A stretch of 64,000 bases of DNA from assembly GCA_012026655.1 (NCBI GenBank), contig JAAILG010000370.1:1-64000 (forward strand), given 5' to 3'. Shown here one piece after another: positions 10,717 through 22,700 of this stretch. The DNA comes from Hydrolagus affinis. Taxonomy: Eukaryota. Every line of letters starts with the position of its first letter. Position 1 is the stretch's first letter. A program made the translations under genes and the position numbers. The notes below the pieces were generated by a model. It saw nothing but the letters and a program-made list of their open reading frames with translations, had not been told where the DNA came from and did no database searches.

Positions 10717-13700
10717 GTGAGTACGATTCCTGCAATAAGTTATAAACGGTTAAGCAAGTCGGTTTCCACACAAACATAATTACCATTGGATTACCCCTGT
10801 AACAGTTTGCAACTCTATGTCTATGGAAACTTCCCTCAGTATTATTTTCCTTGTTCTATTTGTTAGATTTCAATTCAATGTATTTTTTTTAATGAAGAAT
10901 TTTAATCATTTTCTTTTCAGATAGAGAAAGAGGACAGGCAAATTTGCTTTTCTATTGATGTTTTTGTACCATCTACAAGGTGGGGTTGGTTAACGCCTCT
11001 TGACATTTTTTACTTTGTCTCTGCAGGGACATGCTTTGTTTTTATAATTCTTTGAAATCACATTCCCATTCTGTGAGGAATCAAAGGTTTGCATACAAAT
11101 GGAACACTATCACAAGACTTATTTACAAAAATGGAATTTAATTTCCAGAATATATTTGCTAATGTAATATACAAAGTAACATAACATGTCTCAAACAGTT
11201 GGCACCAAGGTAGAACATTAGATGTCATGCAGTCAGTCTGCTGTGGGATTCTCTGGAAACCAGTTCCTGAGCCAGGTGGGTCTGGATTATGTCAGAGCAC
11301 TGCAGATGACAGACTAGTCAATCTGACTCATCATAACACTTGACTGTAGAGATTCGTTGAAGTGATTGATTGTGCTTGGGTGGATTTAATCATATGAGCC
11401 AAAGCCCTAACTGGTAGGGTGAGTGGAGCTGGTCAAACAGCTGGAAGCTTTCCAGATACTGTTCTCAATATCATGCTTTGGGGTGTTAGCTATTTTTTAA
11501 AAGTGGACTGGTCAATGTTTGACTTTGATAAAGCATTCAACCAGGGGCTTGTGTTATTGATTTTCCCAACAAGGTAAATTGCAGTTATAGAGAGTGCTGG
11601 GTGGGGCCAGAGGCTGACTCAAACATAAACAATCTACAGGCAAGTCAACCCAGTTTTTCAGCCTGCCCTCTAGTTCTGCAAAATCCTGTGTTTGGAGCAA
11701 GTGGCAAAAAAATGTATTTTTTTATTTATCTGCAGCTATGATCCTCTTCAATATTGTACCAGTATCCTCTCCTTGAATTCTTGTCTGTCTTGCTAACCAT
11801 TATGGGCTTTGAAGCCCTGTTTTTTTCCTTTGAATTCATGCTATCTCAGTAAGTAACCACAGCTAGGATAAAAATAGATTTGTCATTAGCTGAAATGAAT
11901 GCCTACTTGAATACTTATGCTTATTAGTCCCTTTTTAGTTTCTTTTAATTTGGGGGAATGTGATTTTAAAAAAACTTGGATAGATCTAACCTTTATACTT
12001 GTATCAAAGCACTTATCAGTAATTTGATTGTTAATGACTCTGTATGGGAGAAAATGCCCTTGCAGCTCAGCTCACCTCACCTCTAAATAAAATGTACTTT
12101 TTCCTGTGTCTCGTTTAGACTTCATTGGAGTGTTCCACAAAAACTACACCAATAAGATATTATTGTGATGTAGCTTCACAACTTTTATATCTTTTATTTG
12201 TTCAAGTTGTGTCTAATCCTATTTACCCCCACAGAACAGGCCATTTTTAATCTACTCCCAGGCACTGTACTGCTGCTTTGCGGTTGGCTGTAGTGTCACG
12301 TGAAAAAACTTCCAAAGCATCTTCTGTCTTCCTTTCACTGATTTTGTTTATCTAACGTTGAGATAAGTTGCCTTGTGGCAGTTTGTAGTTGTGAACCCTT
12401 TGAGGACACCTGATGCGTTTCCGCATGTGTCAGAACCTGGGAGAAAAAAAGACCAAAAAAGTGATTGAACTGAGACTTGTTGGGCTCAATTTTACACTGA
12501 TCAGTGAACCTGTTATCTGAGTCAACAGCGAGAATGGTTTAATAACTGACGAGAATAATGTTCATACTGACATGAGCTTCAAAAACTCAGAACTTATATG
12601 GTGACCTCCCCCACTTCTATTTTACAGTTAAATAACAAAACATTGTTATAATTTAGCTTGAATGGTTTGTCTAATTTCTTTTATGAATTTTTTCACCAAA
12701 GGTCCTTTGGCATCTAGATATTTTTCGGAGGAGTTTCAGGCAGCTGACCACTCACAAATGTATGGGTGAATCTTGCATCTTCTGTGCTTTGAAGGTAAGG
12801 TATTATGTACTGTAAAAGTCTGTTTATCTGGCACCCGTGAGACCTGGCCAATGCCGGTTAAAGCGCCTGCCGGATATTCGGGCGGCCCGCGGCCGAAAAC
12901 CCACACATAAATGTTAAAGTTCTTTTAATGCACACCATACACACCAGACTAAATAATAACAGAATATTGTATTGGTACTTATTGTTAAAACTACTCTCTT
13001 GCGCTTCTCACCTTTACTGATTGAGGTTTACAGTCCAGCGATTCTTTTTTAAATGGAGGACGCCAATCGAGTTAAAAAAAACGGCAGCGCAATTTTAAAG
13101 TCGCACGACTACTAGCGGCAAGCCGATAACCCTAGACTACTAGCAGCAAACCGAAATACTGCACCTACGAGACAATGTGGGTTATCGGCTAGCTTTATCG
13201 GCTTGCCGCTAGTATGGCTTTAAAGTCGCGCTCCATTTTTTTCACCCACTTGGCGTGCTCCATTTTAAAAAGAATCGCTGGACTATAAACCTCAACCGCA
13301 ACATCATGGCTTCAAGCGCAGCATCTATCATCAAAGGTGAGAAGTGCAAGAGAGTACTTCTAATAATAAGTACCAATACAATATTCTGTTATTATGTTAT
13401 TATTCATGCATTTGCAAATGCTCCACTGCTCTTGTTCCTGATAAGTTCCAGTTTATCGAATGGGGATTTTTTTTTGGCATGCCGGTTATACAGAAGTGCC
13501 GGTTCATCGAGTCACGGATAAACGGGCTTCTACTGTACTTAGTAGCCTGTGTGTGTATGTGTATTTAAACATAGATGCAAAGATGACTTACATAAACTTG
13601 GTAAGATGTTTTGCTAAGGGACTACTCCTTACTTGAGTGCTGCAAATTTGTTAATAAAATGCCATGCTCTTTTCCTCCTTTCTCTCCCGTCCACTGTCCA

Positions 13701-16700
13701 CCCCCCACCGGTTCAATCTCGCTTTTTTTCGTATTGGTCTTTATGAGCCAATGACAGGATCTAATGTCAGTTGGTACTATTGTTGCTTTTTGAGCGTGAG
13801 ATTGCCGCTGGCAATTATAATAATATAAATCTTTGCATTTGATACAACCCTTTATCATGTTTTCGAGAGTCTCAATGTGCTTCACAAAAATAACGTAAAA
13901 TGATTTGACTGTTTATTTTGTGGGCAAAACGCAACAGCACATAGCAGTGTTCCATAAACAGTCGTGGATTGTAGTGACATTTTGTTGATGTTGTGAATGA
14001 TAATCCATTTTTAATCATATTTATGCTGTATGTGGGCTGAAATAGTGTTGAATCGTTGATAACAAATACCGTTCACAAATACCGAATGTTGACAAGATTT
14101 TAATTCCTTTGACACAATTTGCAAGCAGAGTACTCTATGTTCTCTTTATCAAATTTGCATCAGTCACTGCCATTTAGCAAAGTCCAGGGGTCATGAAACT
14201 ATGCCTAGAAATTCTTGGCATCTGTTTATATAGTGCAAACTTTTTTTTTATTGAATTCATGTGGGACTTATCTCTTGAAGATTGGTTGGGGCAAAGGAAT
14301 TGAAAGAAAACTTAAGAATTCTCTCCTTCTGATTCACTTTGATTTATAGATGGCAGCCTCTTGAATACATGTTATGCAACTGCATTTCTTTCTTCTGGCT
14401 TTATTGAATAGCAGTAGATTGTTGATCGTTTATGTGAAGAACTGTTGACTGCAAATTATTTCATATGTAGTCAGTCAGGTTTTTAAAAGGAAGATGGAAA
14501 GGCTTTTCAGATTTGTATTCACCCACTTCGGTGCCAGATTTATTGGTTAAATGTCATTTATTGTTTTTGTATGGTTTGTTAGATAATTTTTCATGTTGCC
14601 TTAGTAAAATTAAAGGTGGTGGCAAAGATATGAGCTATTCTCCATTTTAACAGTGGGTTTTAAAATGGAATTGTCAAAATCATATTAAAGACTGCAGCAA
14701 GGATGTGCAGTCATTAGTAAATAATGCTAAGTTTACATAGCACATTTAATGGTGATTTGTTACTAAAATGCAGTATGAACTAGACAATTATGTGATTGGA
14801 TCCATTCATTTATGTTGCATTTAATTATAGCATGAACTTGACAGCATGTTGGAAGCAACCATGGTGTTACTGATGCAAGTGTAAACTTTGAGATCCACTT
14901 AACAAATATGTTTTCATTGATATCTGTGGAGGTAATTGTCCACTACTGAACCTAATAAAAATATTACATTTGTTAATATTTAATGTTTCAGCCCAACAAT
15001 TAATTACAGGAAAACACAAATGCAGTTACAGTAAAAGCCTATTTATCCGGCACCTGATCAACCGGAATGCTCGACCCCCTCCTTGGGCAATTCCCCATTC
15101 CAGCAATCGCGAGTATGCTCACATTGCGCATATGCGCAATAAGTTTAATGCGCACTTATTAAACTTACAAACTTAGAGGTTTTTACCGATCGGTTAAAAA
15201 ATGCTTTTTACCGAGTGTGCTGAAATCTTTATTGGTAAGTAGCCATACGATATTCTGTTACTATTTAGTATATTATTAATATAGTATGTTTTAAAATAAG
15301 TTAATTTTTTGTGTTTGTTTTTTGGCAACTTGCCGCCTGTTTATACGTCACAGTCAATTAGTCAACCCCCCCCGCCCGAGCGTGCAGGATAAACAGGCTT
15401 TTACTGTATTTTGATCTGGCAGCTGTGAAATAATAAGATTAGTTTCCACAGCACCAAAACTCTTGAATACAGTAACAATGAGGAACTATTCTTTGCAATG
15501 GTTCTGCAATATAAACATAACACAATGAGCTTGCAGTGCTAAAAGCCCAGTTAATCCTTTAACCCTAAATGTTTACACAAAAACCCATCTCCCAAAAGCC
15601 TTAATAATAACTGTTTTAATCGAGGAATATTTTTAACCTGATCTTTTTCCATCTAAAGAGCAGCATTCTACCCAATCCACCACAACCTACACCAAACAGT
15701 AATAGTATTTGTTCTGTAGAACAAAATTTGTTGGTTTGTTTTAATAGCTGAGAGATGGATGGATTTACTGAGTACCATAACCCAAATGCACTTCAAGGCA
15801 TTTCTGGGAGAAAACTACACAGTTAATATTGTCTTAATCCTTTTGTAAACAAAAAATAATAAACTTGGTGAGAATTCTTTGTTTTGCTGTGATATGGGTA
15901 GATATACCAGGTAAGCAAGTATTGACACAAAAACAGAAGTTGCTGGGGAAACTCAGCAGGTCAGGCAGCATCCATGGAGAAAGGAAAAAGAGTCAATGTT
16001 TTGGGTTGTAGACCTGAAACGTTGACTCTTTTTCCTTTCTCCATGGATGCTGCCTGATCTGCTGAGTTTCCCCAGCAACTTCTGTTTTTGTTTCAGATTC
16101 CCAGCATTTGTAGTATTTTGTGTTTTGAAGCAAGAATTGACTATTGCCATAACTCCATCATCATATTTTAAGCAGTAACACTGTTCAGATAATTTGTGGA
16201 GTGTAACCCTGGCTAAGGGTTTGGATTGGTGTGATTTATTCACATGTATACAACTTTCTAAACCCTAGATTGTGTTGATGTTTGACAAGAAATATGCAGA
16301 ACCAACAGAATAAACCAGGTTAAAAATACTGTACTGCTTTTACTTACTTTTTAATATGTGCTATTGTATTTGAAGACTAAACCATCTTTTAAAAAATCTG
16401 GCAGTGTTCTTGGTGTTTGGATCAGTAAATATGATGTACATGTATTTTTCAGCTGATGATAGGTCTGATGTTGACATTATGGTTTTCAATAATTTATGCA
16501 TATTTTAAGTTAAATGTACAGTAAAAGCCCGGCACCCAATCAACCATAACTTCCTTATAACCGGCATCACAAATAAAAGGTCTGCATTTGATTAACTGGA
16601 ATTTATCCGGAAAAATGTATTGAAAAAAAAGTGTTTTTTGTTTTGTTTTTTGCGTTTTCGGCCGAATATCCAGCAGGCGCTTTAACCAGCATTGGTCAGG

Positions 16701-19700
16701 TCACGAGGGTGCCGGATAAACGGGCTTTTACTGTATTTAATATTAGTTCTAGTAAATTAAGGATCTGTATGTGCACAACTGAAAATACAATATACAGTAC
16801 TCTCTTGGATGTATTCGACATAAAGCTAAGTAATACAGTACTAGGCTTAAGGTTAATGGTACAGTTATTCCAGCAGGGTTAATATCTCTCAACAATGAAT
16901 TCTTGCAACATTGTAACATAATTATATACAAATCCATTTTTAATCACTTGATCATGTTATGTTTAATTCTAAAGTGTAACTGAGGGTTTGAGATTGCTGT
17001 TTTAATGCTCCTACCACTGATGATTTAAGAGACCTTGCACAGAATGAATTAACCAGAATGTTTCACCATTTTGAGTAGAATGTTGTAATGATTCTCTCCC
17101 CCTGAAAATGCAGAGCCAAAATCATCTTTACAAAATACCGATCTGATTAAATATCAGTATTTCACCTAGTGAAATTGGACACAATGGAAAATCACTACTA
17201 CTGTTTTTGGTTATTTTAGTTTAGTTATCAAACCCTTTTTTTTTTTAACTTCAGCGTATTCAACTGTAGCAGCAATGTTTTTTCATTAAGGGTCAGGTTA
17301 TTTCTTTATCCTCTTCAACCAGCAAATTGATCGTCAATTTCAGAAATGACAGTCCAGCCTTCCAGCTACTGGCATTGACTGAATTAGAAATGGGCACAAA
17401 TTCAATCAACTTTCCACAAAAGCTTCAAGGCTTATTTGCACACGGCCATATGGACTTGACGGCTGTTCAGATCTGTAAAACTTTATTTTTAAAAAAAATC
17501 TGTAATATCTGTACAATTTATGCTGTGGTTGTTTTAAATATTATCTTAATATGATTCATATGAATTAATGATTCATATTAATAGGAGTGGATTTTTTTTC
17601 CAACCCTCTTTTACCAATCTATCTCAAATAATCTCAAATCACATTCAATAACTGAACATGTGCTCTCTGATTGGATAATAATAATAATCCTTGCATTTGA
17701 TGTAGCTCTTTTTACGTCTTTTTGTAGACATCTCAAAGCCCTTTACAGAATATACTGTAAGGTGAATTGACTGTATACATGCGGCAAAACGCAGCAGACA
17801 ATTGCACACAGCAGTGTCCCACAAAGTTGTGGATTGAAATGACCAATTTATTATTGTTTTATTTTGAGAGATTATTATTAGTCATGTGGAGCAAGGAAAC
17901 TTGCCAAAGGTTTTGCCCTGCCTGGAATTGAACCCAGGTCTCTCGCTTGTTAAGGTGAGTGCTCTAACCACTGAGCTATAGGACTCCACAGTTGATTATG
18001 GTCTACAATAAATTCCAGCTAACTTGTCATTCCAAGGGAGAAGGATTCAGTCCCAAGTTAGACAAAGGTCCTTCTTCTGGTGACAGACCGAGCTGTTGTC
18101 AGTTTGATGGGTATCCCCAGGTTGTCAATTTATTTGTTAAAACTTATGCCCCCAACACCTCGGCGTTGCTCTTTCGCTCATTCATCCAGCGTCCACTCGC
18201 CGCAAACACTGCATGCGAGAATGCAAGTCCAACTTCCCGCACCAGCAAGAACAACAGATTATATTTGTATGGCGCATTCCACTTCAGGAGTACGTCCCAA
18301 AATCTAGGCCTGGGGGGAGCCACAGCCCAGCTCTTGAATTGACCAGGGGCCCCTGGGATGCATTTGAGCGTACTTAAATGTTAATTGAACTGTAACATAT
18401 TAGCGGGACTTTTTTTGTAGTGACATTTTGTACAGCTCCTGGAAGCACTTTCAAGAGGTTCTTTTTGATTTCACTTTAGACATAAATGGTTTCCGTTTTT
18501 GGTGTTTGTAGACTTGTATGATTGATCTTTGTTTCAAAGTGACCCTGTATCACAAATGTACTGTTTCCTGTCTATATCCTTTCAAAAGATAGCTGTGTAC
18601 CCATTGATTTATGTTCAGTAAAATTCTAACTATTGCTATGATGTAGCTCAGTGACATGTTGACCAGGAAGGTCATAGGTATTGATCCCTGGCCAGTGCTG
18701 AGTTTGTATTCCTGCTTGAGATTGAATCTGAGCAAGATACAATAGACCAAATTATTTCTGGCAATAGAAGAAAAAATTACCAGCTTTACATGTGTATTTA
18801 TAATCTTCTGCTGTTGATCTAAAGGGATCAATTTAACCAATGAGATATTTGTATTGTCCATATTATTGCTCTATATCAGTGGTTCCCAACCATTTTTTGC
18901 TGCGACCTTAAATTGGCCACCAATAGGACCTCCCGACGCGTAGGGGGCGACTGCGTGACTGAAGTGAAGTTCAGCCAAGACGGTATCTCCGTCTCTTTTG
19001 TGGACCCAGCGCAACTCGCTAGTATGTTCTTTCATACAAATTGGTTGGCAGTGATGCCTCGGGCACTTTTCAGCACAAAGAAAAAAAAATTCTGATGACC
19101 CTTCACGACCCTACTGAGGACCCCCGCAACTCTGATTTGGGTCGGGACCTGAGATTGGGAACCACTGCTCTATATAATAAGGTGTCTTCAAAAAGGTTTT
19201 CTATTTCTTAAAATATGTTTGGAAATGCTATCTAAAATTAGCTCATTATGTATGGCTCTCTAATGTTTGATTCTGCCATAAAGTTTTTTTTTAAAAGATA
19301 TACAGTAGAAGCTCGTTTATCCGGCACCCGCGGGACCTGGCCAATGTCGGTTAAAGCGCCTGCCGGATATTCGGGCAGCCCGTGACCAAAAACCACTACA
19401 AAACAATTAAAGTTCTTTTAACACACACCAGATTAAGTAATGGCAGATAGTGAAACAATGTTGGTGCTTGTTGTTGGGGCTGCTCTCTTCCGCTTCTCAC
19501 CTTTGCTGGTTGGAGTTTGCAGTCCAGCGATTCTTTTTTGAATGGGGGGCGCCCGGCGGGTGAGAAAAACGGTAGTGTGATTTTAAAGTTGCGCGACTTT
19601 ACTAGATGTAAGCCGAAGCCCTAGACTACTATCGGCAAACCAAAATACTGCACCTGTGCGACAATGTGGGTTATCAGCTTGCCGCTAGTATGACTTTAAA

Positions 19701-22700
19701 GTCATATGCGCTCCGTTTTTTTCACCCGCTTGCCGTGCTCCATTTTGGGGGGAGTCGCTGGACTAAACCTCAACCGCAGCATCATGGCTTGAAGCGCAGC
19801 ATCTACCAGCGGGGGTGTGGGGCGCAGGAGAGTGGTTTTGACGGTGAGTGCCAATGCAGTATTCTGTTCTTATGTTATTATTTATGCATTTACAAATGCT
19901 CCACCGCTATTGTTCCGGATAAATTCCGGTTTATCGAATGGGGCCTTTTTTTTTTTTGGCGGGCCGGTTATACGGAAGTGCTGGTGCATCGAGTCATGGA
20001 TAAATGGGCTTCCACTGTATATGGATTTTGAATTATATGGACCATTTTTTGTTTGCTTCAGGAAATCTTCACTCAATTCCAATACAGCAAAGAAAAGGTA
20101 CTTCCATCTGATGCCTTGCGTAGTGCTCTTGCCAAAACTTTCCAAGATGAACAGCGCTTTCAGTTGGGGATCATGGATGATGCAGCAGAATGTTTTGTAA
20201 GTTTAAACATGAATCACCAGTGTTGCTTTTTAAATTTGGAACCATAGACTTTAACGTAGGGAAATCTTCCCATTATTTTGTTTCTCAAAAGAAATACAAT
20301 TGCTTATTCTGTAAATGAGCAAGTTCTGAACATCTTGAGGTGAATTGAATTGTATATTATTTCCCTAGATTGTTTTCTTTTACAGATGAGTATTTTAATA
20401 AAGTACTGTTCCATTTAGTTTTAATGAGGAATATTAGTAGGTCACAATTTGCTAGGATTCTAGTGGTGTGAAAATGGTTTGTTACCTAAGTTGAGGGAGG
20501 CGGTGAGGGAAAAGATAAGTGAAAATGTAGTTGAATGGTAAGGTTTTGAGAAGGACCTTAGAAAAGCTGAATCAGAGGGAATACAAGTTGGAGTTCCAGA
20601 AAATGGGGGCAGCTAGGCATTGCTGTTGACAATTTGTATAAATATATTTATTACTAACTATTTTGTTTTTCATTCAAGAGGCAATAAACAATGAACCCTT
20701 TTTTATACATAGGAAAATATTCTCATGCGAATCCATTTTCATATCGCTGATGAAACAAAAGAGGACATTTGCACAGCAAAGCATTGCATTCCTCATCAGA
20801 AATTTGCAATGACTTTGTTTGACCAGGTAAGATACATCCATACTTGAATTATGGAAAAGGAATGTGGCAGTATTATAAACCTTTATTTAGTATTGTTTCC
20901 TGGTACCATGTTCCGAAAGCAAATCAACATTTAAAGGATATTTCAAGAAGTGCACTTAAATATTACAAAGATGCAAAACTGCTTCCTTGTGAAAAATTAT
21001 TGAACTTTGATGCAGCTTGAATTGGTGTAAACAATGCAGGTTTATTCCCATACTCAAGTTCTATTAAAATGGGTGCTTTTTATGTAAGATAAGTTGAGAG
21101 GCTTCTTCAATGTTTTTTCTTGCATGAGCTATAATAAATCTTTGCGGACCTATCAATCACACCAATGTGTAGTTATCAATATTTCATACCTTGGTAATTG
21201 TCTTACAAATGATGTACCATTACTCTCCTGGTAGATTTTTTAATTGAACTTCCAACCATAGAATGTTCAGTTGGAAATGAGCAGACTTTATTCAAGATTG
21301 TTCAAGTTTTTTTGAACTATGTGAATATTTGTGCTTCTTGCAGTGCGTTTGTACCAGCTGTGGTGCAACATCTGACCCATTACCTTTTATCCAGATGGTG
21401 AATTACATCTCTACGACAGCATTGTGGTAAGCCTTTCCTAATGATGACTGCACTAAGCCTGAACTTTACTTGGCAATACACTCGTACAAAAAAGAAGCCT
21501 GTGACAGAATTGGGATAAAGAAGTGAAAGATCAGAAAGGCTTAGTGTACAATGTTCCCTAATGACCTATTGGAAAATCCAACAGAAGCTTTTTATTACGC
21601 TTTCAATTGCTGAAGTGGAATATATTATGTTAAATTTCAAACCTTGTTGTAGGATTAGAAAATAAAGGGTTTGTAATAGAGAATGAAATTACCTGGTATA
21701 TTTTGAATAGAAACAATAGAACCAATTTCTAGCATGCAGGCAAGTTAGGACTGTCTGAAAATTATTCTTGCAGACTACTTCATGATTTTTTGCTCCTTAC
21801 TTATGTAAACATGGGGTTTGGTACACTGAAGACTAATGGAAAGTAAAGTATTTTTGGATTGGAGCCTTTTAGCTTATTGACTAAGCTACACTTATTTTTT
21901 AATAGCTTCTTTGATGTATTCTTCTGAACGTGTTTTTACAACACCCTCCTCAGTAGGGGTGGGGGGGAGAGAGAGAGAGAAGAAAATGCATAATAATAAC
22001 AATAATAATCCTTGCATTTGATATAGCATTTTTACAGATTTTAGACACCTCAAAGCGTTTCACAGAATATATTGTAAAGTGAGTTGCCTATATATGTGGG
22101 CAAAATGTGGCAGCCAATTGTGCACGGCAGTGTCCCACAAACAGTCATGGATTGAAAATGCCCAATTTTGTTTGAGGGATTGTTATCAAGCATGCGGAAT
22201 AAGGAAAGTTGCCCAAGGTTTCGCCCTGCCTGGAATTGAACCCAGGTTTCTTGCTTGTAAGGCGAATGCTCAAACTACTGAGCTGTAGGACTCCACAAGC
22301 TTAGAAATAAGTTTAAATCTTGGGACCTTTTAGATAGAGAGATGTAAATGTTGATCTGTATTTTCAATCTAGTTCCTTAAATGAAGACTGCTGTGTACAT
22401 TTAAATATGCAGAGAATAGTTAACACTTTAAAACTTTTATACTGTATATACAAGGGTTTAGTGCTTCTTAATGTGGTGTTACAAACATGGTTGTGTTGTG
22501 ACTAAAATGGACTATACATAATCACAAGTAATTTTTACAAAGCAAATTGGTTTTGTTTAATTAATTTTCAATAGTATACTATTGTTTGCTATGTGATTAA
22601 GTGGGATTTGGCAGCAATTTTTCAATTTGTCAGAAGTTTGATGTGGATGTCACAGAGTAGAGGGTTTGTAAGTTTTCATGGAAATCAACTCTTTTCTTTT

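Noticed and set aside
12950-13395. APOBEC-type G-to-A editing of copy A as the alternative explanation of the A/G differences
   Set aside because: Copy A's arms are Watson-Crick complementary at these positions and the outgroup copy has A, so A is ancestral; many sites are not CpG, so methyl-CpG decay does not explain them either
15990-16030. Possible hammerhead ribozyme in the Penelope-type palindrome
   Set aside because: GAAAC is present but the CUGANGA core is missing in this copy
19666-20200. Recurrent similar ORFs (13255.., 19666.., 19817.., 30562.., 30849..) suggesting a small gene family
   Set aside because: They are translations of the non-coding MITE copies; no transposase motifs are present and frames differ among copies
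22210-22295. tRNA-like sequence with A/B boxes (also ~17915-17988, 43123-43190, 61415-61472)
   Set aside because: These are SINE heads: the cloverleaf is degenerate and each is attached to the SINE body and (ATT)n tail, so they are not tRNA genes
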